Origin: Abditibacterium sp.
Lineage (GTDB): Bacteria; Armatimonadota; Abditibacteriia; Abditibacteriales; Abditibacteriaceae
Length of the DNA: 64,000 bases
Direction: 5' to 3'
Assembly: GCA_965246885.1 (NCBI GenBank)
Contig: OZ251992.1
Location: 2,656,001 to 2,720,000, forward strand
In this document: piece after piece, positions 55,383 to 64,000 of the stretch
Position numbering within the stretch: the first letter of the stretch is position 1
Layout: each line of letters starts with the position of its first letter
The notes under the pieces: generated by a model
The model's input: only the letters and a program-made list of their open reading frames with translations
The model's database searches: none
Told to the model about the DNA's origin: nothing
Position numbers and translations under genes: made by a program

Positions 55383-56225
55383 TCACCCCGCCCCCTTGGG
55401 AACCGGCGCGGGCCACGCCTTGAACCGCAGCTTTTGCCCGACTTTCACTTTGGCGATGTCGAACGGCTCGATTCGGAACGCGAGCGGCCAATGACGTCCC
55501 GCGCTCACGCGACCTGTGACGACGGCGCGACCAGAAGGAAATGTCGTTGTGGAACTCGCATCGAATGACACAACGCGCGTTGTTGGTGTGGGCTGCTTTG
55601 CGACAGTACCCCATGACACGCTACATGTCGAACTTCCAACAGAGGACTCGAACGAGTTGTCCGTAGCCACCGCGCCGTCGGCCAAATCAAACGTCACATC
55701 AGCGTCCACCGTGGTCCGGGGACTTCCCGCCCACACTTGTCGCACTGTGACAGAGCGAATGGAGACCATTGGCGCACGGGCAACTTGGGAGAAGGGGAAT
55801 GGGCGCACTTGCGTCCGGTCGAGTGGCCAGAACTGCTTTTTGTCGAGGGTGAGGTCTGGGTATTTGTGGGTTGAGTATTGGAGGACAAAGCGAAGCGGGC
55901 CTTGCGGGACATCTTTCAACGTCACAGGATAGCGCATCATCTCGCCTGAGTCCCATGTGCCTACGCACCAACGCATCTGCTCACTGACTCTTTGCCACCG
56001 TCTCCCAGTGTTCACTTCCAGCATTGGGCCGCTTACATAGCCGCGCTTGTTCGTCACGACAATCACCGCATCGCCGCCCTGCCACGCTTCCAGCGTCGTT
56101 GGCGCCTCGACGTGCATTTGCATCCCCGACGCACCCCCGCGCCGCGATAAGACGAACCCCGCCACGCCCACCACCACGAGCGGGGAACAAAGGAGTGCCA
56201 TCTCGCGTGCGGCAAAGCGTTTCAT
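55383..56225 (-). CDS. Membrane-anchored hypothetical protein
   Basis: N-terminal TM helix; TACACT 6 nt upstream of ATG. Confidence 0.7.
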   Translation of the reverse strand: MKRFAAREMALLCSPLVVVGVAGFVLSRRGGASGMQMHVEAPTTLEAWQGGDAVIVVTNKRGYVSGPMLEVNTGRRWQRVSEQMRWCVGTWDSGEMMRYPVTLKDVPQGPLRFVLQYSTHKYPDLTLDKKQFWPLDRTQVRPFPFSQVARAPMVSIRSVTVRQVWAGSPRTTVDADVTFDLADGAVATDNSFESSVGSSTCSVSWGTVAKQPTPTTRVVSFDASSTTTFPSGRAVVTGRVSAGRHWPLAFRIEPFDIAKVKVGQKLRFKAWPAPVPKGAG

Positions 56226-56285
56226 GGCGAGAGTGTAGGAAGCGGCGCCAAAGGGCGGCTTTATACTCCCCGCTCCTTACATCCA

Positions 56286-58100
56286 ATGCAACGCACTCAT
56301 TTTTGCGGCGAACTGCGCGCGGCTCACATCGGGCAAAGCGTGACGCTGTGCGGGTGGGCGAACACCGTCCGCGACCAATCGCACCAAAACTTCATTGACC
56401 TGCGCGACCGCTCCGGCATCGTGCAAATCGTCGCCGACTCCGACATCAACGCCCACGTGTTCCGCTCGCTCGACCCCGTGCGCTCGGAGTTCTGCCTGCA
56501 AATCACCGGCGAAGTCGTGGCACGCGTCGCGGGCAAAGAGAACCCGAAGCTCGCGTCGGGCGAGGTCGAAGTGCGCGTGGACAAGGCCGAAATCCTCAAC
56601 ACCAGCAAGCCGCTTCCCTTTGAAATCGCGGGCGGGCAAACCGCATCTGAGGAGGTGCGCTTGCAATACCGCTATCTCGATATGCGCCGCACGCCCGTGC
56701 GCGACATTCTGGAGATGCGCTACAAACTGGCGCGCGAAACGCGGCGCTTCCTTGATGGCGAGGGTTTCTGGGAAGTCGAAACGCCGCTCCTGTGGAAGTC
56801 CACGCCCGAAGGCGCGCGCGAGTACGTCGTGCCCGTGCGCACCCACCCCGGCAAGGGCTTCGTGCTGCCCCAAAGTCCGCAGATTTGCAAACAGCTACTG
56901 ATGGTCGGCGGCGTCGAAAAATACTTCCAAATCGCCAAGTGCTTCCGCGACGAATCGAGCCGCGCCGACCGCCAGCCCGAATTTACGCAGATAGACATCG
57001 AGATGAGCTTCGTCGGGCAAGACGACGTGTTGGAACTGACCGAGCGCCTCTTTCAACACCTGATGCGCGAAGTGAAGGGGATGGAGATCGCGCTCCCCTT
57101 TCCGCGCCTCTCCTACGCCGATTCCATGCGCCGCTATGGAACCGACAAGCCCGACACCCGCTTTGGCATGGAGTTAGTCGAACTGACGGATTTAGTCGTG
57201 GACTCCGGCTTCAAAGTCTTCACGAACGCCATCGCGTCGGGCGGGCAAGTGAAGGCGATTTGCGCCCCCGGCGTCGCGGCTTACAGCCGCAAGGAAGTGG
57301 ACGACCTGACCGAGTTCGTCAAGCGGTTCGGCGCGCGCGGCTTGGCGACGTTCGCGCTCGGCGAGTCGGAAATCAAGTCCAACGTCGCCAAGTTCTTTAG
57401 CGAAGACCAGATGCGCGCCATCTTCGAGCGGTGCGGTGCCAAAGCGGGCGACTTGGTTCTCGTTGTCGCCGACAAGCCGTCCGTCGTCGCGCAGTCGCTC
57501 GACTTTTTGCGCCGCGAAATGGCGAAACGTTTGGGTCTCATCCCGTCCGGCACTTTCAACTTCTTGTGGATCGTGGACACGCCGATGTTTGAATACGATG
57601 GGGAAAAGGGCGGCTTCGACGCGGCGCACCACCCGTTCTGCTTGCCCAATCCCGCCGATATGCACTTGGTCGAAGAGGGCTTCACGACGAACTTGTCGCA
57701 CGGCGACGCGCTGCATCCTTGGGCGCTCGTGCGCGCGTGGCTTTATGACCTCGTTCTGAACGGCTTCGAGTTGGCGAGCGGCTCGATTCGCTGTCACCGC
57801 CGCGAGATACAATCGAAGATATTCCAAATCATCGGCCTGCCCGAAGAGGTCGCGCAGGAACGCTTCGGCTTTATGCTCGACGCTTTTGAATACGGCGCGC
57901 CCCCGCACGGCGGCATCGCCCCCGGCTTCGACCGCGTGATGGCCCTCTTAGCCGAAATCCCCGACGGCAACATCCGCGAGGTTATCCCTTTCCCCAAAAC
58001 AAGCGGCGGTCAAGACCCCCTGTCCGGCGCCCCCACCGAAATCCCCCTCGAACGCTGGAGCGAAATGGGCTTGCAAGTCGTGGCGCGCGAGGAAGAATAA
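56286..58100 (+). CDS. aspS: Aspartate--tRNA ligase
   Basis: RTHFCGEL, FIDLRD, RLQYRYLDMR, STPEGAR, LPQSPQ..KQ.LM, CFRDE..RADRQPEFTQ.D.E, GAPPHGG.A.G.DR. Confidence 0.97.
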   Translation: MQRTHFCGELRAAHIGQSVTLCGWANTVRDQSHQNFIDLRDRSGIVQIVADSDINAHVFRSLDPVRSEFCLQITGEVVARVAGKENPKLASGEVEVRVDKAEILNTSKPLPFEIAGGQTASEEVRLQYRYLDMRRTPVRDILEMRYKLARETRRFLDGEGFWEVETPLLWKSTPEGAREYVVPVRTHPGKGFVLPQSPQICKQLLMVGGVEKYFQIAKCFRDESSRADRQPEFTQIDIEMSFVGQDDVLELTERLFQHLMREVKGMEIALPFPRLSYADSMRRYGTDKPDTRFGMELVELTDLVVDSGFKVFTNAIASGGQVKAICAPGVAAYSRKEVDDLTEFVKRFGARGLATFALGESEIKSNVAKFFSEDQMRAIFERCGAKAGDLVLVVADKPSVVAQSLDFLRREMAKRLGLIPSGTFNFLWIVDTPMFEYDGEKGGFDAAHHPFCLPNPADMHLVEEGFTTNLSHGDALHPWALVRAWLYDLVLNGFELASGSIRCHRREIQSKIFQIIGLPEEVAQERFGFMLDAFEYGAPPHGGIAPGFDRVMALLAEIPDGNIREVIPFPKTSGGQDPLSGAPTEIPLERWSEMGLQVVAREEE

Positions 58101-58107
58101 AAGCAGG

Positions 58108-58139
58108 AGGCGCCGCCCGGTTTGAGTTCGGGCGGCGCC
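58108..58139. terminator. Hairpin between convergent genes
   Basis: GCGCCGCCCGG-tttgag-TTCGGGCGGCGC. Confidence 0.6.
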
Positions 58140-58141
58140 GT

Positions 58142-59623
58142 TCAGAATTGCAGCCCGTCATCCGTCAAGCGGACGCGGTCGGGTTCGACGCCGAGCAGTT
58201 TTTGCATTGCGGCTCCGGCGGCGCGGGCGTTTTGGGCATCGGTAGCCGAGCCGGTGCGCGCCGCTTCGCCGTTGAGCGCGCCAACAAGGGTGGCGGTGAG
58301 AATGGCGCTTTCATACACCAATTGCTTGTCGCGCGCGGAGCGCGCGGCGAAGTCGGCGTCGTTTCCCAAGCGCAGGGCGACTTGCCGAAACAAGCCTTGC
58401 AGGTTCGTCGGCGTGAAACCGGCCTGCGAGATGTTGCCGGATGTGGTTTTCGAGGCGGTGTAAATCGTCAAAAAAGCGTAAGTCAAGGCGTCGGCGACGC
58501 TTTCTTTTCCCTTGCGCGCGCCGAAGATTGAATGCATGCGCTCGCGGCCCGTAGCAAGAAACCGCGCGTAGTTGGCGCGCACCCCGGCGCGGTGTAACGG
58601 CTCTTCGCGCGCGCTGAGCACGTCGGGCAACAGGTCATCGCCGCGCGCAAACAGCGTGCGTTCGACCGCCTGTTCTGGAGTCAGAGATACAGAAGTGGTG
58701 CGCGGCGGCGCAGCGACGGCGGCGCGTTGGCTGGCGGCGGGTTTGACAGAAGCGGGCCGCACCGCAATGCGCGCGGGAGCAACCGGAGCTTTGGCGCGCG
58801 TAGGCTTTGCGGCGGCGAAAGGCGCGAGCGTTTGCAGCGCGTTGTCGGCGTCGCGCTGTTTTTTGTTGTCGCTTGTCCAATAGGCGTCGAGGAAATCTCC
58901 CCCGGTTTTGCGCGCAATGGCCAGCCGTCCGGCGTCGCCCCGGCGTGCGCCCTCGCGGCGCTCGTACGCGGCCCAACTGCCCGACAGCATGATCTCCTCG
59001 TACTTCTGTTGCTTTTCAAGGGTGGAAAAGCCTTGATAGTTGGCGTCCCGGAGCCACACGCGCCGAAAGTCGTGGCTCATGCGCGCCCAACCCGCGTTGT
59101 TGATGCGCTTCCCAGAGTATCCTTCGGCGCTCAGCACAAACGCGAGCGCCATCATGTCGGCCATGTCGCCCAAGCGGGCGCCGCGCGCTTTGGCTTCTTG
59201 CTTCCAAATCGTGCTTTGTGCGAGCCACTCTTGATAAGCGCCCGCGCGCCCGCGTTTGGGGTCGGCTTTGGCCCAGCCGTCGAGCCAACTGCTAACAGGC
59301 GCTGCGCGCATGGGAAACGAAACGAAAGCGCGTCCGCGCGCAATCAGCGCCCGTCCACGCGCTTCGCGCGCTTTGGTTTGGCGTGCGGCGACGAGTTGGC
59401 GCCGCGCCATGTCGTTCAGGAAGATTTGCGTCATGGCGTTGCTCATCGCCATGTTGTTCTGGATCATCTGATCCATCTTGGCGCCCGATTCCGAGTAGAA
59501 CGAGCCGCCGCTTTGATTGGTAAACAGGCCGTTGGCGTTTTGCGTGACGATTTGCGCGCGGCCTTGACCGGCGCAGGCTCCCAACAAAAGCAGGACGGCG
59601 ACACTTTGAGTGAATAAACGCAT
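58142..59623 (-). CDS. Secreted protein with two tandem DUF6683-like helical domains
   Basis: Signal peptide; DMADMMALAF...DANY...S..EKQ..YE and SVADALTYAF...DADF..RS..DKQ..YE; C-terminal LLGVEPDRVRLTDDGL. Confidence 0.7.
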   Translation of the reverse strand: MRLFTQSVAVLLLLGACAGQGRAQIVTQNANGLFTNQSGGSFYSESGAKMDQMIQNNMAMSNAMTQIFLNDMARRQLVAARQTKAREARGRALIARGRAFVSFPMRAAPVSSWLDGWAKADPKRGRAGAYQEWLAQSTIWKQEAKARGARLGDMADMMALAFVLSAEGYSGKRINNAGWARMSHDFRRVWLRDANYQGFSTLEKQQKYEEIMLSGSWAAYERREGARRGDAGRLAIARKTGGDFLDAYWTSDNKKQRDADNALQTLAPFAAAKPTRAKAPVAPARIAVRPASVKPAASQRAAVAAPPRTTSVSLTPEQAVERTLFARGDDLLPDVLSAREEPLHRAGVRANYARFLATGRERMHSIFGARKGKESVADALTYAFLTIYTASKTTSGNISQAGFTPTNLQGLFRQVALRLGNDADFAARSARDKQLVYESAILTATLVGALNGEAARTGSATDAQNARAAGAAMQKLLGVEPDRVRLTDDGLQF

Positions 59624-59712
59624 GTGGGTGGTAAAACGCGCTTTAGACGCTAAAACAGGGCGCGAGTCGCTTCGCTTTTCCCCTTGATCGCGTGGGGCGC
59701 GAAGTAGGCGCC

Positions 59713-60480
59713 TCATGGGGCGCCGCGTTCGGGCATGAGGACGGTTTGGAGACCCCGGTCGCGGGCGGATTTGATGATCATGGGAAGGGCTTGAGGCGTA
59801 CCGGTGCCGCCGTCGTGGAGGAGGATGATGTCGCCGGGTTCGAGATGCGTTTGCACGCCGTAGGCGATCTTCCACGCGGGCGGGCACGTCCAGTCGCCGA
59901 CGTTGTTGCTCCACCACGCGAGGGTGTCGCCGTGCTCGTAGAGGTAGCGCATCGCGTCGCGGTCGAGGCCGCCGCCAGGCGGACGGAACAGATGGGTGAC
60001 TGGCCCTTCTTTGCCTGCGTCGCGGCGAGTGCGCTCGATGGACGCAAAACCCGCGTCTATGTGCGCAGGGAAGTCGCTTTGCGCGATGGTGGTGAGGTTG
60101 TGGTGCGGCTCGGAGTGGTTGCCCAAGGTGTGCCCGTCTGCGAGCAGGCGGCGCCCCAGTTCGGGGTAAAGGCGCAAGTTGGCGCCGATACAAAAGAAGG
60201 TGGCGCGCACGCCCGACCGCTTAAGCGAGGCCAGCAGGAGCGGGGTGGTGAGCGGGTGCGGCGCGTCGTCGAAGGTGACGCAGATGTCTTGCGAGCCGCG
60301 TCGCAAGTGCTCTTCGTGGCGCAGGAACAGCATGGGAGCGGGCGGTCGCCACGCGAAGTAACCGCCCCAGAGTGCAACGGCGAGGGTGCCAAACGCGACG
60401 GCGCGCGGCCACTTCGGGCGCGGCTTTGTCGGCGCTTGTTCGAGAGGAACGGGAACGGGAGCAGGAGCGGTGGAGGTCAT
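59713..60480 (-). CDS. Membrane-anchored polysaccharide deacetylase (CE4/NodB)
   Basis: TFDDAP, ATFF..G, GNHSEPH, FRPPGG, DW, ILLHD; ATGA overlap with the upstream gene. Confidence 0.92.
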   Translation of the reverse strand: MTSTAPAPVPVPLEQAPTKPRPKWPRAVAFGTLAVALWGGYFAWRPPAPMLFLRHEEHLRRGSQDICVTFDDAPHPLTTPLLLASLKRSGVRATFFCIGANLRLYPELGRRLLADGHTLGNHSEPHHNLTTIAQSDFPAHIDAGFASIERTRRDAGKEGPVTHLFRPPGGGLDRDAMRYLYEHGDTLAWWSNNVGDWTCPPAWKIAYGVQTHLEPGDIILLHDGGTGTPQALPMIIKSARDRGLQTVLMPERGAP

Positions 60481-61781
60481 GGGGAAAGCGGCGTCGCCGT
60501 TGGCGCGGCGAAAGCAGTGGGAGCCGGGGTGGGTGTGGGCGCGGGCACGTTGGGCAGGGCACGGTCGTTGATATACAAGCGCGAGCGGGCGCGCAGCCAC
60601 GTCCCACCCTCCAAACCGGGCGCGTTGAGCCACGCCGGAGCGGGGGGTGGGAGCAACAGGTTCCGGCGCTGAACGGACGCCGTAAAAACGGGCACCTCGT
60701 CGCCCGCGAAGGTGACGAGCGAGGCGTCTAAGCCGCGCCCCTTATCGAGCGCGACGGCCACGATGTCCACGTTTTGCAATTGCGAGTCGAGCGCAAAAGC
60801 CATTTGCACCAAGCGCGCCGCGCGCACCGCCACCAGACGGCGCACCCCCGCTTCTTCGGCGGGCACTTGGAAGCGGATGGCGGCGCAGCGATACGACGTC
60901 CGGCCCGCCTTCACCGGCGCGACCTCCACATCCAACAGGGCGAAGGGGCGGGCGAGCGGCGTCAGTTTGCCGCGCAGATACGCCTCGACTGACGGCAAAA
61001 ACAGCGTCGAACGCTTGGCGAGGGCCAACTCCTCGGCCCGCCCTTCGCCGGGAAACTGGCCCAGCCCCTCACCCTCGGCCTGCGCCGAACCGGGCGGCGC
61101 CACTGATACATTTGGCGCCGCCGACGCGGTGGCGCCAAGGCCGAATTTCCCCTCGAAGCGCGGCGAAAACAGCGCCATCCCGATACACACCGCAAGCGTG
61201 AGCGCAAGCGGCGCGGCGCGAAGTGTCACCAAGCGCAAGCGCGCCAACCACGCCAAATGCCGTTCGCACCCCGCTGCCAACAGCCAAAACGCTCCTACTC
61301 CCAACGCCGCGCCCAGAAACACGTCCGCGAAGTAGTTGTCGCCACAAAACATCCGCGTCAGGCCCAGCAAGAAGACGATGGCCCAACTGACAGACCCGAC
61401 GCGCCGATTGAGCCGCCACGACGCGCCCGCGACGATGGCCGCCAGCAGCACTTCCACGCACGGAAAGGAGTTGTCCTGCGGCTCCACGACCAGCAAGTTC
61501 ACGCGCCGCGTCATCAAAGGGCGCGGCGACAGGTTGCCCAGATGCCACGCGCTTGCCGCGCACGCAAAGCCCCACACGATAAGCGCGCCTAACCCCACCG
61601 CCAGCACAAGCGCGAGCGCCGTTTTGGAACGGGATACGCCGCCCCGCGCGGGCAGAAGCAGCAGTTGCGCCAGTAGCAGCGTCCCCAACGCGGGCAAGGC
61701 GCCGACGTACACGGCGCGGGCCAAGCCATCGAGAAGCGGCCAGCGTCCGGCGAGATCGTTAAGGAACAAAAACAGTTGCAC
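60477..61781 (-). CDS. PAP2-superfamily membrane protein with degenerate active site plus C-terminal extracytoplasmic domain
   Basis: LF.FLN.LAG..PLLD; PRP; DNSFPCVE; TRMFCGDNYFADV..GA.LG. Confidence 0.8.
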   Translation of the reverse strand: MQLFLFLNDLAGRWPLLDGLARAVYVGALPALGTLLLAQLLLLPARGGVSRSKTALALVLAVGLGALIVWGFACAASAWHLGNLSPRPLMTRRVNLLVVEPQDNSFPCVEVLLAAIVAGASWRLNRRVGSVSWAIVFLLGLTRMFCGDNYFADVFLGAALGVGAFWLLAAGCERHLAWLARLRLVTLRAAPLALTLAVCIGMALFSPRFEGKFGLGATASAAPNVSVAPPGSAQAEGEGLGQFPGEGRAEELALAKRSTLFLPSVEAYLRGKLTPLARPFALLDVEVAPVKAGRTSYRCAAIRFQVPAEEAGVRRLVAVRAARLVQMAFALDSQLQNVDIVAVALDKGRGLDASLVTFAGDEVPVFTASVQRRNLLLPPPAPAWLNAPGLEGGTWLRARSRLYINDRALPNVPAPTPTPAPTAFAAPTATPLSP

Positions 61782-61903
61782 GCGCGAGAAAGAGGGGCGA
61801 AAACCGCGAAAGTATAAGGTTTGCGCCCCGGCGCGTTACCGGGATTGGCTTTCCGGGGTTTCTAACACTTCTCCCGCACTATCTCCTCTAAAATGAACTT
61901 CCC

Positions 61904-62569
61904 ATGATTTTCTCGGTTTTGGCGCTCCTGACTCTCGCGGGGGTGGCGGGGTTGGCGCTGTTTCCCGACGGCAATGCGCTCGTGGGGGCGCAAATGGCGC
62001 CTGACCGCGCGACGCTGTGGTTTCTGCTCGCGTGCGCGGCTGTGGCGCAAATCCCGGCGCTGTGGGTGCGGCTCCGCGCGTCACGCGACGGCACGACGTG
62101 GTTCCTCATCTGTAGCGCGTTTGTGCTGATGCACCTCGCCGACCGTGCGGGGCCGCGCGACGGGTGGGCGCTGACGTTCCCCTTCGCGCCCGATGACCCG
62201 ACTCCAGTTTCGTATGCGGCGCGCTTGGCAGTGATGGGGGCGCTCGCGTCGCTTCCCTACTGGACGCGGCGCGGCGGGCCGGAGAAAGCGATGCTGGCGG
62301 CGCTGGCGGTCGTGCTCGCGTTCGGGCTGGGAACGCTGTGGTATCTGGGGCACTTTTTTCCAGTCGGCGCCGAGCAAGAGTTGGTGCCGCGCCCGCTTGC
62401 GACTCTGCTCGTCCAAGGGGTGAGTTACGGCGCGCTCGCGCTGTGTTGTCGCGCGGCGACCGAGGATGAGCGGGTGCGCGGATGGGCGCTGCGCGTCTTG
62501 CCGTTGCTACTGCTCGCGGTGGTGTTGCGCCACCAACTCGCGCCGATTCCCGCGCCCAAGGACGAATAA
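61904..62569 (+). CDS. Hypothetical polytopic membrane protein
   Basis: Six to seven hydrophobic segments; abuts the next gene. Confidence 0.75.
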   Translation: MIFSVLALLTLAGVAGLALFPDGNALVGAQMAPDRATLWFLLACAAVAQIPALWVRLRASRDGTTWFLICSAFVLMHLADRAGPRDGWALTFPFAPDDPTPVSYAARLAVMGALASLPYWTRRGGPEKAMLAALAVVLAFGLGTLWYLGHFFPVGAEQELVPRPLATLLVQGVSYGALALCCRAATEDERVRGWALRVLPLLLLAVVLRHQLAPIPAPKDE

Positions 62570-63931
62570 ATGAAACCGTTCTCTTTGCTTCAGAAATTAG
62601 ATTCGTTCCTCTTGGGCCTCGCGGTTTTTACGCTGTGCGGGCAAATAGACGTGCGCCATTTCGGGCGCGACACCATCAAGGAACATCTGGGCTACGCCAC
62701 GAAAACCTATGCGCTCTCGCTGTCCGATGTTGTATTCGTCGCCCTCGTGCTGTGGTTCATCGCGCGCACGGCGCAGTTGCGGGCGTGGAACAAACTCTGG
62801 TGGCCGCCCTTGCCGTGCTGGGCGCTTCTCTTCGCCTTGATTTTATCCGCGCTCCATTCCCCCTCTATCGCGGCTCAAATGGCGGCGGCGCATCATCTCT
62901 TTACCAAGGAATCCAAGGGCGCGCTCGCCGACATCGTGCAATGGGTGGGCTACTTTCTGGTGGCGCCTTGGGTGTTCGTGAACCTTCTGCGCGACCGGCG
63001 CGAAGGCGCGGAAGTGCGGCGCGAAGGGATCGTCGTGGGCGCGCTTGTCGGGGCGTTCGTGGTGTCGGGCTTGGTGGCGTTGCTTCAAGGCATGCTGTGG
63101 GTGGAGGGAGCGCCGAGCGGCTTGTGGAGTTCGCCCAACATCTTCGGCGCGGTAGTGGCGTTCACGCTGCCCTTTTTGGACGAAATCGAGATTCGTAACC
63201 CGCGCTTCTCGCTTGTGCCGCTTGGCCTGTCGCTGTTCGCGCTGGGCGTCGTGGTGCTGTGTGTGGCATCCCCTTGGGCGGCGGGCGCGGCGCTGTTTGG
63301 GCTGGGATGCGCGACTCTGGCGCGGCCCAATCCGCTCCGCCTCAAGGCCACGCGCTTGGTGTTACTGCTGTGCGTGGGGGTTTTCGTGAGCGTGGTCTGG
63401 ACACGGATACCATCGCTCCAGCCTTATCGCGCCGAGTTCGCCACTCTCGATTGGACATCAATAACTCGACCAATCGAAACACGACCGGTCAAGAAGCAGT
63501 TCGTCGAGTGGCAGGTGGCGACGCGCTGGAACTTGCCCCGCGAGCGCGCCTTCGTAACGGGCGTGGGGCCGGGCAACTATCAACTGGGCATCGGGCAACT
63601 GTATCAATACGGCTTGGACAGCCCCGAAAAGATGCACCCCGATTCCAACAACCTCTTCTTGGTGCAAGCGATGTCCATTGGCATCTTGGGCTTGTCGGCG
63701 CTGTTGTGGATGCTGTGGCACTTCGGTTTGCTCGCTTGGCGCGCGGCACGGACGGGGTCGTGGATGGGCGCGGGAATCGTGGGCAGCATGGGCGCGTGGA
63801 TGGTGGTGAACTCGTTTCACGCGATGATCGTGCGCGGCGCGGGGTTATTGTTGGCCCTTTTCTTTGCCTTGGCGGTGGTCGCGGCGAGCAACAATGCGGG
63901 CGCCGAAGCGTCGAAGAAGGCCGAATTATGA
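62570..63931 (+). CDS. O-antigen ligase/Wzy-like membrane protein
   Basis: SPNIFG; periplasmic loop; TGVGPGNY; HPDSNNLFL..AMSIGILGL. Confidence 0.8.
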   Translation: MKPFSLLQKLDSFLLGLAVFTLCGQIDVRHFGRDTIKEHLGYATKTYALSLSDVVFVALVLWFIARTAQLRAWNKLWWPPLPCWALLFALILSALHSPSIAAQMAAAHHLFTKESKGALADIVQWVGYFLVAPWVFVNLLRDRREGAEVRREGIVVGALVGAFVVSGLVALLQGMLWVEGAPSGLWSSPNIFGAVVAFTLPFLDEIEIRNPRFSLVPLGLSLFALGVVVLCVASPWAAGAALFGLGCATLARPNPLRLKATRLVLLLCVGVFVSVVWTRIPSLQPYRAEFATLDWTSITRPIETRPVKKQFVEWQVATRWNLPRERAFVTGVGPGNYQLGIGQLYQYGLDSPEKMHPDSNNLFLVQAMSIGILGLSALLWMLWHFGLLAWRAARTGSWMGAGIVGSMGAWMVVNSFHAMIVRGAGLLLALFFALAVVAASNNAGAEASKKAEL

Positions 63932-64000
63932 AACGCCGCGCTCTTCCGCTTTGCGCCCTCACTGCTCTCCTGTCGGGTGTCGCCCTCGCCGACAACGCCA
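63928..64000 (+). CDS. Start of a secreted protein (3'-truncated by window edge)
   Basis: ATGA overlap; MKRRALPLCALTALLSGVALA signal peptide. Confidence 0.6.
   Translation, partial: MKRRALPLCALTALLSGVALADNA

Overview
GC-rich bacterial chromosomal window. The gene repertoire looks Armatimonadota/Abditibacterium-like; this is an inference, not a search result. It is mostly housekeeping: argD, argB, alr, cdaA-cdaR, tatA, a glmU N-terminal domain gene plus prs, a YhaM-like gene, tkt, malic enzyme, ndk, rex, a polyprenyl synthase, aspS and tRNA-Gln(UUG). It also holds signalling genes (two CHASE3 histidine kinases, a sigma54 activator, HD-GYP), surface or secreted proteins (a 1674-aa Ig-repeat protein, a phosphoesterase, a Flp pilin, DUF1501/DUF1800) and an envelope-polysaccharide cluster at the right end. 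I saw no transposase, integrase, reverse transcriptase, CRISPR array or prophage. The most unusual signal is non-coding: five dispersed intergenic arrays of degenerate units at a strict 21-bp period, four of them built on the 16-bp palindrome TGNCAGACGTCTGNCA and the fifth a divergent relative, each just 3' of a gene. Other points of interest: several REP/MITE-like hairpin families; a PadR operator repeated over two promoter regions; a sigma54 activator with no HTH plus two -24/-12 promoters; an apparently split GlmU; a PAP2 protein lacking its catalytic histidines; an orphan immunity-like gene; and frequent leaderless gene starts. All family assignments come from motif recognition by eye.
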